From: an uncultured Candidatus Saccharibacteria bacterium
GTDB taxonomy: Bacteria > Patescibacteriota > Minisyncoccia > Phycocordibacterales > UBA12445
Assembly (NCBI GenBank): GCA_964649715.1
Contig: CAZYTH010000004.1
Coordinates: forward strand, 18,135-82,134
DNA: 64,000 nt
Direction: 5' to 3'
The notes under the pieces: generated by a model
Told to the model about the DNA's origin: nothing
Seen by the model: only the letters and a program-made list of their open reading frames with translations
Database searches by the model: none
Made by a program: the position numbers and the translations under genes
Shown: positions 9,188-18,949 of the stretch, piece after piece
Numbering within the stretch: position 1 is the stretch's first letter
Layout of the letters: each line of letters begins with the position of its first letter

Positions 9188-9916
9188 ATGTTTGTTATTA
9201 ATAAAAAAATCGGAGAAACTCCGCTAGAATCTATCTCTCGGTTCAAAGAAAAAATCAAAAGCGTAAAAAACCAAAAATTGTCCTACATTGGAAGGCTAGA
9301 TCCGATGGCTAGCGGAAAAATGATAGTTATTTCGGGAGATGAAAATAATAATAGGGAAAAATATTTAAATTTTGATAAAGAATATTTCGCAGAGTTCGTT
9401 TTCGGTATATCCACTGACTCTATGGACTCTTTGGGGCTTGTTATGAAAGAAGCTAAGAAAAATATTTCGAATGAACGAATCCTCAATATCGTTCGTGGAT
9501 TAAAAAAAATAAAAATTCAAAAATATCCCTGGATGTCTGGGAAGACGATGGGCGGAAGAAAGATGTTTGAGATATTTAAAAGTGGCGAGATAAAGGGACT
9601 AAAAAGACCTCTGAATAAAATTAAAATTAAAGAAATTTCAGAAATCAAAGTAAGCGATATTGATGGAAAAAAATTACTCACCAATATTGTTAAAAATATT
9701 AAAAAAGTTAATGGGGATTTTAGACAAAAAGAAATAATAGAAAAATGGAAAGACGTCTTAGGGGAACGCAATACGGATATTTTTAAAACCGTTTCTTTCA
9801 AGGTCTCCGTGTCAAGTGGGACATTCATAAGAAGTTTTTCGGAATATTTTGAAAATAAGTTAAAAATGCCGAATTTTCTGCATAAACTCAAAAGAACCTT
9901 TATTTTTCATTTTTAA
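9188..9916 (+). CDS. TruB-like pseudouridine synthase (divergent paralog)
   Basis: YIGRLDPMASG with catalytic Asp, KEY, STDSMD, VSSGTFIRS; ATG 9188 preferred. Confidence 0.8.
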   Translation: MFVINKKIGETPLESISRFKEKIKSVKNQKLSYIGRLDPMASGKMIVISGDENNNREKYLNFDKEYFAEFVFGISTDSMDSLGLVMKEAKKNISNERILNIVRGLKKIKIQKYPWMSGKTMGGRKMFEIFKSGEIKGLKRPLNKIKIKEISEIKVSDIDGKKLLTNIVKNIKKVNGDFRQKEIIEKWKDVLGERNTDIFKTVSFKVSVSSGTFIRSFSEYFENKLKMPNFLHKLKRTFIFHF

Positions 9917-9998
9917 GAATTATTTTTAGATTATTGCAAAAAAGCTTGAATAATATGTGAATATGTTCTATTCTCTCTTGGTATTTAATATATTTAAT

Positions 9999-10487
9999 AT
10001 GCAAACAGGAGAATTACATAATAGTAAAATAAGAGAGATATTGATAAAAAGCCTGAAAGAATCGAAAGAATCGATTCATCTGGTTCTTTCTTATTTTTTA
10101 GACAATGAGATTGCTGAAATAATAAAACAAAGATCGTCATCTGGTATTTCTGTTGAAATTATAATAAACGATGATACCGCAAACAGTTGGGCGATAAATG
10201 AATTATTTTTGTGTAATTTAAAGTTGCATTATTACAAGCCAGGAGGAGGAAGACCGTTGATGTATCAAAAGTATTGTATTGTTGATGGTGATATATTGAT
10301 CGCTGGATATCATAATTGGTCATATGCCGCTACCGCTTCAAAACACAAAGAATCTTTGGTCGTTGATGGAGAGAAAGAACTTGTCTCTATTTATTTAAAA
10401 AAATTCCGAAATATGACAAAATCATGTGGGATTGGTGCGGTAATTAATTTCAGAAACATCCAAAACGTTTTAAGGTATTCTGCTTAG
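9999..10487 (+). CDS. Phospholipase D-like single-domain protein with degenerate HKD motif
   Basis: MYQKYCIVDG...GYHNWS..A...HKE, compared with canonical HxK(x4)D...GSxN. Confidence 0.7.
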   Translation: MQTGELHNSKIREILIKSLKESKESIHLVLSYFLDNEIAEIIKQRSSSGISVEIIINDDTANSWAINELFLCNLKLHYYKPGGGRPLMYQKYCIVDGDILIAGYHNWSYAATASKHKESLVVDGEKELVSIYLKKFRNMTKSCGIGAVINFRNIQNVLRYSA

Positions 10488-10600
10488 TATTTATTCCACA
10501 AAAAAATTTGAATATCCGCATTTAGTGGGGTTGGATTTTTTATTAGAAAAAAAAATGTTAATATTGGTCAATCAAATAATATTTTTCAAATAAAAAATAA

Positions 10601-11338
10601 ATGAAAAAAGATAAAATATTCATATATGGTAAACATGTATTAGATGAGGCATTGAACAACTGTCCTGATATAATAGAAAAGGTTTTCTTATCGGAAAATG
10701 TTATATCTGACAGCACAAAAGATAAATTAAAAGCGTGTAAAATACCTTTTTCAGATATATCTCTTAAAAAAGAAATACCGACTGATATCGAAAAAGATGC
10801 TTCGCATCAAGGAGTTTTCGCTAAGATATCTTTAGAGAAACTCCTGGTTCCTTTTGAGAGTTTCATCTCCGATATTGTTCCGACCAAAAATGCTTCATTG
10901 GTTCTTCTGTCTGGAGTTCAAGATCCTCAAAACATGGGAACAATTATTCGTTCGTCCGTTGCTTTTGGCGTTTCGGCTGTTTTAATACCCACGAAAAGTC
11001 AGTCTCCAATCACCGCCTCAGTTGTAAAAACATCAGTAGGTATGGTTTTTAGGACCAAAATTGTTTTGGTTGAAGATGTTCAGTTAGCGTTATCTCTTCT
11101 GAAAAAAAGAGGATTTTTTGTATATGGAATGGATGGAGATTCTGAAAATTCTATAAAAAACGAAAAAATTGTATTTCCTTCTGTTTTTGTTTTTGGAAAT
11201 GAATCTGTCGGTATAGAAAAAAATATTTTTAATGTTTGTGACAAAATTTTATCTATACCTATGGAGGATGGTTGTGAATCCTTAAATGTTGCTGCGTCTG
11301 CTGCAATTGTTCTATACGAACAATACAAGCAGAAATAG
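10601..11338 (+). CDS. rlmB: SpoU/TrmH-family RNA methyltransferase (RlmB-like)
   Basis: IYGKH, HQGV, QDPQNMGTIIRS, FGNE..GI, ESLNVAASA. Confidence 0.85.
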   Translation: MKKDKIFIYGKHVLDEALNNCPDIIEKVFLSENVISDSTKDKLKACKIPFSDISLKKEIPTDIEKDASHQGVFAKISLEKLLVPFESFISDIVPTKNASLVLLSGVQDPQNMGTIIRSSVAFGVSAVLIPTKSQSPITASVVKTSVGMVFRTKIVLVEDVQLALSLLKKRGFFVYGMDGDSENSIKNEKIVFPSVFVFGNESVGIEKNIFNVCDKILSIPMEDGCESLNVAASAAIVLYEQYKQK

Positions 11339-11346
11339 TTATTAAA

Positions 11347-11913
11347 ATGAACAATAGAGACGATGGGGATATTATTTCTGACTACCTTAATGGGAATGAG
11401 GATTCTCTCAGGGAAATAATTTCCAAGTATATAGAGTCTGTTTATAGGTTTTCCTATCGTTTGACGGGGAATAAAAATGACTCAGAGGATATCACTCAGG
11501 ATATTTTTATTAAAGTGTGGAAATATTTAAATAGGTACGATAGAAAATTCTCTTTTAAAACTTGGCTTTTTACGATTGCAAGAAATACGATTTACGACTA
11601 TTTGAGAAAGAAAAAGGATATTCTTTTTTCTGATATTTTGAGGGGTGACGGGGAATATGATTTTGAGGATAATATTAATGATGAAAATATTGACATTGAA
11701 GCTGAGTTGATTACGTGTGAGGATGCAGAAGAGCTGAGGGCGGAGATTAAAAATCTTCCTAGTGAGGAAAAAGAGATACTGTCTTTACATATTGAAGAGA
11801 AGCTTACTTTTGATGAAATATCTGGAATATTAAAAAAGCCCCTCAATACTGTTAAAAGTCGCTACAGGAGAATTGTTTTAAAATTGAAGAAAAGAATTGC
11901 ACCAAAAGAATAA
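11347..11913 (+). CDS. ECF RNA polymerase sigma factor
   Basis: EDITQDIFIKVW, FKTWLFTIARN (region 2); LTFDEISGILKKPLNTVKSR (region 4). Confidence 0.93.
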   Translation: MNNRDDGDIISDYLNGNEDSLREIISKYIESVYRFSYRLTGNKNDSEDITQDIFIKVWKYLNRYDRKFSFKTWLFTIARNTIYDYLRKKKDILFSDILRGDGEYDFEDNINDENIDIEAELITCEDAEELRAEIKNLPSEEKEILSLHIEEKLTFDEISGILKKPLNTVKSRYRRIVLKLKKRIAPKE

Positions 11914-11932
11914 CTAATCCGTATATACTAAT

Positions 11933-12331
11933 ATGGACAACAATAAACAAAATTTATTATTTGATAAGATACTTTTGCCAGATAGGCTTCTTGAATCTAC
12001 TATTAAAAAGATATCTGAAGAAAAATATCTACTTGCGAAGCGCAGGACACTCTTTTCTGGCTTTTCTTTAATAACTTCCTTTATTTGTTTTTGGGAAACA
12101 GCAAAATATTTATCGGTGGAGATATCTTCTTCTGGTTTTATAAACTACTTTTCTTTTTTGTTTTCAGATACTGGTGCCATTGGTCTCTTTTGGAGGGAGT
12201 TAATTTTTTCTTTGGCGGAAACTTTTCCTGTGGTAGGCATTGGTATATTGTGTATTTTTGCATTTGTCTCTATTGCATCAATTAAGTCTCTTGCTTTTAA
12301 TTTTTTTGAGTTAAAAATTAATATTATATAA
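11933..12331 (+). CDS. Membrane protein, putative anti-sigma factor
   Basis: Two or three TM segments; lies directly downstream of the ECF sigma gene. Confidence 0.55.
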   Translation: MDNNKQNLLFDKILLPDRLLESTIKKISEEKYLLAKRRTLFSGFSLITSFICFWETAKYLSVEISSSGFINYFSFLFSDTGAIGLFWRELIFSLAETFPVVGIGILCIFAFVSIASIKSLAFNFFELKINII

Positions 12332-12333
12332 AA

Positions 12334-12885
12334 ATGGAAAAATTAAAAAATCACATAAAGAATTTTACAGATTCAAAAAAGTTTAATTACTTTGTTTATG
12401 GGTTATTATTATTTATTTTTACTCTTTTTGTTTTTAGAGCCGGTGTTTCCGTTGGTTATCATAAAGCAAATTTTTCTTATAAATGGGGCGATAATTATAA
12501 AAAATTTTTTGAAATGAGGGGATTGGGAGAAAGAAGACAAGAGGGTTTTGAAACCTTGTTTGGTGGAGTGAGCGACAGAAGAGGTTCGGTTTTGTTGCAA
12601 AAAGGCATTCCAGAAAATAAATTAAAAATATCTTCGGCGGATAGTTTTATGAACGCGCACGGCATGACGGGAAAAATATTGGTGCTGGATCTTCCAAATA
12701 TTATAATTTCAGATAAAGATGGTATCGAAAAAGCTATTATTGTTGATGAAAAGACATTAATAATGCATTTTAGAGAAAAAATTACTTTTGAGGATTTAAG
12801 AGAGGGTGATGATATTATTGTTTTAGGTTCTCCAAGCGAAAATGGAGAGGTTGTTGCAAAAATAATAAGAATTATTCCTAATTAG
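12334..12885 (+). CDS. Membrane-anchored protein with DUF5666-like beta domain
   Basis: One TM; C-terminal GKI...T.I...DL..GD.I.V.G....G...A.II pattern. Confidence 0.55.
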   Translation: MEKLKNHIKNFTDSKKFNYFVYGLLLFIFTLFVFRAGVSVGYHKANFSYKWGDNYKKFFEMRGLGERRQEGFETLFGGVSDRRGSVLLQKGIPENKLKISSADSFMNAHGMTGKILVLDLPNIIISDKDGIEKAIIVDEKTLIMHFREKITFEDLREGDDIIVLGSPSENGEVVAKIIRIIPN

Positions 12886-12897
12886 CTCAAAAAAGAT

Positions 12898-14673
12898 ATG
12901 AAAAATTCATTTTTAATTTATTTTAAAAAAAACAAAAAGGTTGGGCTCTTTGGTTTTCTTATATTATTTTTTTTAGCATATTATGCATATGGTTATTTAT
13001 GGGGAACAAAAACTGATACCAGATATATTTTAACCACAGTTGAAAGGGGTACACTTATTACATCTGTTTCAAGCACAGGACAAGTTTCTTCTTATGATCA
13101 AATTGTAATAAAACCAAGAGCTAGCGGTGATATTATTTGGATGGATTTGTTCCCCGGGAAAATAGTGAGGTCGGGACAGGCCATTGCTTCGATAGATAGC
13201 GTAGATGCAAAAAAAACTTTGGCAGATGCTGAAATATCGCTAGCTGAGGCATATCTAAATTTTGAAAAAGCGCAAGCACAAGCACCGATAGATCACGAAA
13301 GAAAGATTGAATCATTGGAAAATTCAGAAAATGATTTGGTAAAGAAATATGAGGATTCATTTAATTCAATATCTAATGCTTTTCTTGACCTCCCTAGTGT
13401 GATTACTGGTCTTCAGAATATTCTATATGGCTATGAGATGGATCAGCAGTCTAGGGGGTGGAATATGGATGCCTATAAAAATCTTTTTGATGGTGAGGAT
13501 CGTGAACTTATAGTATCCTTGGTGGAAATTGCCGTCAAAGATTATAATTTAGCAAGGATTGCTTATGATAAAAGTTTTCTTGACTTTAAAATCTTAACCA
13601 GATATTCAGAACGACAAAAAATAGAAGAGGTTCTTGAACAGGCTCTAGAGACCACAAAATTAATGGCGCAATCCGCAAAAAGCAGTAACAATATCCTAGA
13701 TACAATCATAGACATAAACGATAGAAAAGGAATTAAAACTAGTGCCACGATAACAACTTTTAAAAATAATATAAAAAATTATTTAAGCAATACCAATAGT
13801 CATTTAAGCTCCCTTCTTTCTCAAAAAAGCTCCATAACAGATATAAAACAAACTATAGTAAACACACAAAGAGACATCGATATTTTGAAGATAGGTAATC
13901 CTACTGGTGATAATCCGATAACATTACAGGTGTCATTGAATAGTATAAAAAAGAAGGAGGTTGAAGTTGCTGATCTTAGGTCCAAACTAGCTAATTATAC
14001 GATTCGGGCTCCTTTTGATGGTGTTGTTGCTGTTGTTAATGTTAAAAAAGGCGACACTGTTTCTTCTGGAACCTCTATCGCTACAATAGTAACAAAACAA
14101 AAAATCGCAGAAGTTTCTTTTAATGAAGTGGATGTGGCCAAGATAAAATTAGGTCAAAAAGCAACTCTTTTATTTGATGCCATAGAAGACTTGAGTATTT
14201 CCGGAAAAGTATCAGAGATTGATGCAATCGGCTCGGTATCTCAGGGGGTCGTTACTTATAATGTAAAAGTAAGTTTTGATACCCAAGACGATAGGGTTAA
14301 GCCAGGTATGAGTGTTTCTGCTTCCATTATAACGGAAGCAAAAGCGGACGTTCTCTTGGTATCAAGCGGAGCAGTAAAACTTCAGAATAATGAAGAGTAT
14401 GTTGAAATTTTTGAAAAAAAGGTTGTCTTTGAAACATATATGGGTACACAAGGTTTGATTTCCGAGGCTTTTCCAGTGAAAAAAAATATACAAGTTGGGA
14501 TATCAAACGATATACAGACAGAGGTATTAGGCGGTCTCAGTGAAGGAGATGTCGTTGTTGTAAGAACAACAACTAGCTCAAGTAAAAATGTTACAACAGG
14601 TAATAGTACTAGTGGAATAAGGATACCTGGAATTGGTGGGGTTGGAAGTGCGAACGGTATCAGAAGAAATTAA
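12898..14673 (+). CDS. Membrane fusion/adaptor protein (MacA/YknX-like) with extended coiled coil
   Basis: N-terminal TM, lipoyl halves (PRASG..., IRAPFDGVV...VKKGD.V), EVDVAKIKLGQ, KPGMSV. Confidence 0.9.
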   Translation: MKNSFLIYFKKNKKVGLFGFLILFFLAYYAYGYLWGTKTDTRYILTTVERGTLITSVSSTGQVSSYDQIVIKPRASGDIIWMDLFPGKIVRSGQAIASIDSVDAKKTLADAEISLAEAYLNFEKAQAQAPIDHERKIESLENSENDLVKKYEDSFNSISNAFLDLPSVITGLQNILYGYEMDQQSRGWNMDAYKNLFDGEDRELIVSLVEIAVKDYNLARIAYDKSFLDFKILTRYSERQKIEEVLEQALETTKLMAQSAKSSNNILDTIIDINDRKGIKTSATITTFKNNIKNYLSNTNSHLSSLLSQKSSITDIKQTIVNTQRDIDILKIGNPTGDNPITLQVSLNSIKKKEVEVADLRSKLANYTIRAPFDGVVAVVNVKKGDTVSSGTSIATIVTKQKIAEVSFNEVDVAKIKLGQKATLLFDAIEDLSISGKVSEIDAIGSVSQGVVTYNVKVSFDTQDDRVKPGMSVSASIITEAKADVLLVSSGAVKLQNNEEYVEIFEKKVVFETYMGTQGLISEAFPVKKNIQVGISNDIQTEVLGGLSEGDVVVVRTTTSSSKNVTTGNSTSGIRIPGIGGVGSANGIRRN

Positions 14674-14684
14674 AATATCCTTAA

Positions 14685-15395
14685 ATGATATCGATAAAAA
14701 ATGTTACAAAAGATTATAAGACTGGCGATATTGATTTTAAAGCTCTTCGAGGGGTTAGTTTTGACATTAAAGATGGAGAATTTGTAGCCATAATGGGTCC
14801 TTCTGGATCGGGAAAATCAACCTTAATGCACATTTTGGGGGCGCTCGACAATCCGACTTCGGGAAAATATTTTTTAGACAACGAAGACGTTTCTAAATTA
14901 AGTGATGACGATTTGGCGAATATAAGAAAAGATAGGATCGGATTTGTTTTTCAATCTTTTAACCTACTTCCAAGGACAACAGTATTGAGAAATGTTATGT
15001 TGCCCTTGATTTATTCTGGTATTGATATCGAAAAAAGAGAGATTATTGCCAAGAAAGCACTAAAAGATGTTGGTCTTGATGAAACACATTTTGAACATCT
15101 TTCAAATCAGCTTTCGGGTGGTCAAATACAAAGAGTTGCTATTGCAAGAGCATTGGTCAATGATCCAAAATTAATACTGGCCGATGAACCGACAGGAAAC
15201 TTGGATACTAAGACAGGAGAAATTGTTCTCGGAACTTTTCAGAAATTGAACGAGGAAGACAAAAGAACGATTGTTCTTATTACACATGAACATGACGTGG
15301 CAGAACACGCACACAGAATTATACACATTAAAGATGGTTTAGTTCTGTCTGATACGAAAGAACACGAAAGACGTATCTTGTATAAAAATAAATAA
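14685..15395 (+). CDS. ABC transporter ATP-binding protein (MacB/LolD type)
   Basis: GPSGSGKST, FVFQSFNLL, LSGGQ, LADEPTGNLD, ITH. Confidence 0.95.
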   Translation: MISIKNVTKDYKTGDIDFKALRGVSFDIKDGEFVAIMGPSGSGKSTLMHILGALDNPTSGKYFLDNEDVSKLSDDDLANIRKDRIGFVFQSFNLLPRTTVLRNVMLPLIYSGIDIEKREIIAKKALKDVGLDETHFEHLSNQLSGGQIQRVAIARALVNDPKLILADEPTGNLDTKTGEIVLGTFQKLNEEDKRTIVLITHEHDVAEHAHRIIHIKDGLVLSDTKEHERRILYKNK

Positions 15396-15405
15396 ATATA
15401 AAAGT

Positions 15406-16629
15406 ATGAAAATAATTGATATTTTGCAAGAAATATATTCTGCATTGTTTGCCAATAAGATTAGAACAGGTCTTACAATGCTTGGAATAATAATAGGGAT
15501 AGGTTCTGTGATTGCGATGGTTTCTATAGGACAAGGGGCTCAAAATTCTATAGAATCCAGCATACAGTCGCTTGGTTCAAATCTTTTAGTGGTAATGCCT
15601 GGAGCGCAAAGAGGTCCAGGAGTTAGCATAAGTGCAGGTCGGGGAACAGCGAGATCCTTAAAATTATCAGATGCTGAGGCTATAGAAAAGAATGTATCTT
15701 CAATCAAAGCTGTCGCACCTGAAGTATCGAGTCGATATCAAATAGTTGCAAAAGGAACAAATACAAATACTTCTGTTTTGGGAACAACTCCTAAATATGC
15801 GGTTACAAAGAACATAGAAGTAGATTTGGGAATTTTTATTACAGATCAAAGTATAAAGAGCGGTTCTAAGATAGCAGTTATTGGACCAACCACAAGGGAT
15901 GATCTTTTCGGGGAAGGTTCCAATCCGATAGGAAGCACTATTAGAATAAACAAAATAGACTTTAAGGTTGTTGGGGTTACAATGGCGAAAGGCGGTTCTG
16001 GATTTACCAATCAAGATGATATTATTTATATTCCAATTACAACAGCTCAAAGATATCTTACTGGTCATGAATTTTTAACGACAATAAATGTGGCTGCTGA
16101 AAAACCAGAGGAAATGTCTTTGATTCAGGAAGATATAACAAATCTTTTAATAGATCTTCATGGTATCAAAGATCCTACTGTTCTAGATTTTAATATTATG
16201 AATCAAGCAGATATGGTGAGCGCAGCTTCTTCTGTTACGACGACCTTAACTCTTTTGTTGTCGGCTATAGCAGGAATTTCTTTAGTCGTTGGCGGTATCG
16301 GCATAATGAACATGATGCTTACAACTGTAACCGAAAGAACCAGAGAGATTGGATTAAGAAAAGCCATTGGGGCAAAAAGAAGAGATATTGAAATACAGTT
16401 TTTATTGGAGGCAATAATGGTTACCTTTGTCGGTGGTTTCCTTGGCGTGGTATTCGGTTGGGTGGTCGCTAAAGCAATATCTTATACTGGTATTATTCAG
16501 GCATCTGTCACAGTTTCCTCGGTTGTTTTGGCTTTTGGGGTATCGGCTGTCATAGGAATAGTTTTTGGTTATTATCCCGCTTATAGAGCAGCTCGACTTA
16601 ACCCCATAGAAGCTTTAAGGTATGAATAA
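15406..16629 (+). CDS. ABC transporter permease (MacB/FtsX family)
   Basis: LTMLGIIIG, ISLVVGGIGIMNMM..VTERTREIGLRKAIGA, YPA.RAA.LNPIEALRYE. Confidence 0.95.
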   Translation: MKIIDILQEIYSALFANKIRTGLTMLGIIIGIGSVIAMVSIGQGAQNSIESSIQSLGSNLLVVMPGAQRGPGVSISAGRGTARSLKLSDAEAIEKNVSSIKAVAPEVSSRYQIVAKGTNTNTSVLGTTPKYAVTKNIEVDLGIFITDQSIKSGSKIAVIGPTTRDDLFGEGSNPIGSTIRINKIDFKVVGVTMAKGGSGFTNQDDIIYIPITTAQRYLTGHEFLTTINVAAEKPEEMSLIQEDITNLLIDLHGIKDPTVLDFNIMNQADMVSAASSVTTTLTLLLSAIAGISLVVGGIGIMNMMLTTVTERTREIGLRKAIGAKRRDIEIQFLLEAIMVTFVGGFLGVVFGWVVAKAISYTGIIQASVTVSSVVLAFGVSAVIGIVFGYYPAYRAARLNPIEALRYE

Positions 16630-16664
16630 TAAAATTAAAAATTAAAATAGAGAACGTAACAAAA

Positions 16665-17087
16665 ATGAAAAATAAAATGATCGTGGGAATAATAGTTTTT
16701 TTTGTGATGGTTTTAGGAATGTCTTTTTATGCGGGAATTAAATACTCTCAAATTTCCAGAAGTTTCCCTGGGTTTTCTGGAAGAAATTTTAGTGCCACTG
16801 ACAGGGTAAATGTTGGGGATAATTTAGGAAGGTTTGATAAGGGGTCTGTCGCAAGAGGGAGTTTGGGTGGAATGATTGGTGGAGAAATAATTTCAAAGGA
16901 CGAAACTGGGTTGACTGTAAAGTCTAGGGAAGGTGGCTCTAGGATAATTTTTATTTCTGAAAAAACCACAATTATGAAAGTTTCTACGAGTACTAAAGAA
17001 GAATTAGTAAACGGACTTCAAGTGAGTGTGTTTGGAAAGACAAATCCAGATGGAAGTATAACGGCTGAAAATATTCAGATTAGGTAA
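16665..17087 (+). CDS. Membrane-anchored DUF5666-like protein
   Basis: One TM, Gly-rich linker, GEII..D...TVK..EGGSRII...G..V.V.G...DGSITA..IQI. Confidence 0.6.
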   Translation: MKNKMIVGIIVFFVMVLGMSFYAGIKYSQISRSFPGFSGRNFSATDRVNVGDNLGRFDKGSVARGSLGGMIGGEIISKDETGLTVKSREGGSRIIFISEKTTIMKVSTSTKEELVNGLQVSVFGKTNPDGSITAENIQIR

Positions 17088-17182
17088 TTATATATATTTT
17101 AAGTTGGATTTATCGCCTAAAAAGGCTGGATTTTTCATTACAAAAGTGTTTGAATGTATTGATAAAATACTAATTTATCGAT

Positions 17183-18577
17183 ATGGAAATAAAACAAATA
17201 TTTAAGAAGGGTGAGGAAATAATAGGAGAGAAGATTGAGTTGAACGGGTGGGTAAGAACAGTGAGATCATCGGGATCTTTTGGTTTTTTGGAAATAAACG
17301 ATGGAACTTTTTTTAAAAATTTACAAGTCGTTTTTGATGACAAACTCGCTAATTTTAAGGAAATAGAAAAAGTTCATATAGGCTCGGCTATCTCAATAGA
17401 AGGAGAGATGGTAAAGTCGCCCGCAAAAGAGCAAGCTTTTGAATTAAAAGCTGACAAAATAATCCTCATAGCTGATTCAGATGAAAGTTTTCCTTTGCAG
17501 AAGAAACGTCATACTTTTGAATACCTTAGAACTATCGCGCATCTTCGTCCCAGATCAAATACTTTTTCTGCGGTTTTTAGGATTCGATCACTTGTCGCAT
17601 TTGCGATACATAAATTTTTTAATGATAGAGGGTTTGTTTATGTTCACACCCCAATAATAACAGGCAGTGACTGTGAGGGTGCCGGAGAAATGTTCCATGT
17701 TACGACGCAAGATTTAGGCAATCCAGTAAAAACAAAAGAGGGGAAGATAGATTATGCAAAAGATTTTTTTGGAAAGGAAACCGGTCTTACTGTTAGTGGA
17801 CAACTTGAAGCAGAGACGTTTGCTCTTGCTTTTAAAAAGGTTTATACATTTGGTCCGACGTTCAGGGCGGAAAATTCAAACACAAAAAGACATGCAGCTG
17901 AATTTTGGATGATAGAACCAGAGATTGCTTTTGCGGGATTGAAAGAAGATGCCGATCTAGCTGAAGAGATGATTAAATATATCATTAAGTATATTTTGGA
18001 AAGCGCCCCAGAAGAAATGGCTTTCTTTAACAAATTCATAGACACAGGCTTGCTTGATAAATTAAATGCCGTTTTAAATTCTTCTTTCGAGAGAATTACG
18101 TACACGGAGGCGGTAAAATTACTAGAAAGACTTCCTGATGAAGAAAAAAACAAATTTGAATATTCTGTTGGTTGGGGCAAGGAATTACAAACTGAGCACG
18201 AAAGATATTTAACTGAAAAAATTTTCAATAAGCCGATTTTTGTGACTGATTATCCAAAAGACTTTAAAGCTTTTTACATGCGTCAAAACGATGACGGGAA
18301 AACTGTTGCTGCGATGGATCTGCTTGTTCCTGGTATTGGCGAGATAATTGGAGGATCTCAGAGAGAGGAGAGATATGATAAGATTGTGACAAGAATAAAA
18401 GAGATGAATTTAAAAGAAGAAGATTATTCTTGGTATTTAGACTTAAGAAGGTTTGGTGGGGCACCACACGCAGGATTTGGGCTTGGTTTTGAGAGGATGA
18501 TAATGTATTTGACTGGTATGGAGAACATTCGCGATGTTATCCCATTCCCACGCACCCCCGGTAATGCAGATTTTTAA
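17183..18577 (+). CDS. asnS: Asparagine--tRNA ligase
   Basis: [50 protein letters not shown]. Confidence 0.97.
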   Translation: MEIKQIFKKGEEIIGEKIELNGWVRTVRSSGSFGFLEINDGTFFKNLQVVFDDKLANFKEIEKVHIGSAISIEGEMVKSPAKEQAFELKADKIILIADSDESFPLQKKRHTFEYLRTIAHLRPRSNTFSAVFRIRSLVAFAIHKFFNDRGFVYVHTPIITGSDCEGAGEMFHVTTQDLGNPVKTKEGKIDYAKDFFGKETGLTVSGQLEAETFALAFKKVYTFGPTFRAENSNTKRHAAEFWMIEPEIAFAGLKEDADLAEEMIKYIIKYILESAPEEMAFFNKFIDTGLLDKLNAVLNSSFERITYTEAVKLLERLPDEEKNKFEYSVGWGKELQTEHERYLTEKIFNKPIFVTDYPKDFKAFYMRQNDDGKTVAAMDLLVPGIGEIIGGSQREERYDKIVTRIKEMNLKEEDYSWYLDLRRFGGAPHAGFGLGFERMIMYLTGMENIRDVIPFPRTPGNADF

Positions 18578-18586
18578 AAAATAACG

Positions 18587-18814
18587 ATGAAAGACGCTTT
18601 TACAAAAGAACAAGACAATCTCCTTAATGAATTTAAGAACAAGGCTGACGGTCTTGGTCTAGAATACTTTGCTGTCGTTAGTGATCCGATAGATAATACC
18701 GGAGCCTCTGTCTATTCAGCTTTTACCCCAGACAGCGCTGCTAGAAATGCTCGTAAAGCTCATACAGAATGGGAAATTAAGCACAATATCGATCCAGATC
18801 ATTATCGGGAGTAA
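18587..18814 (+). CDS. Hypothetical protein (75 aa)
   Basis: ORF starts 9 bp after the asnS stop; protein-like composition; no recognised motif. Confidence 0.65.
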   Translation: MKDAFTKEQDNLLNEFKNKADGLGLEYFAVVSDPIDNTGASVYSAFTPDSAARNARKAHTEWEIKHNIDPDHYRE

Positions 18815-18949
18815 ATATAAGGAAATAGTAAAAACCATGTAGATACAAAATTATATGGTTTTTTATTGGAGGCGTTCTGAAAAAATACCCCTGGTCGGTC
18901 CTATCGCAAGGTAGTTTATTATCGATTTTCTGGTATAGTAGATTCAACC

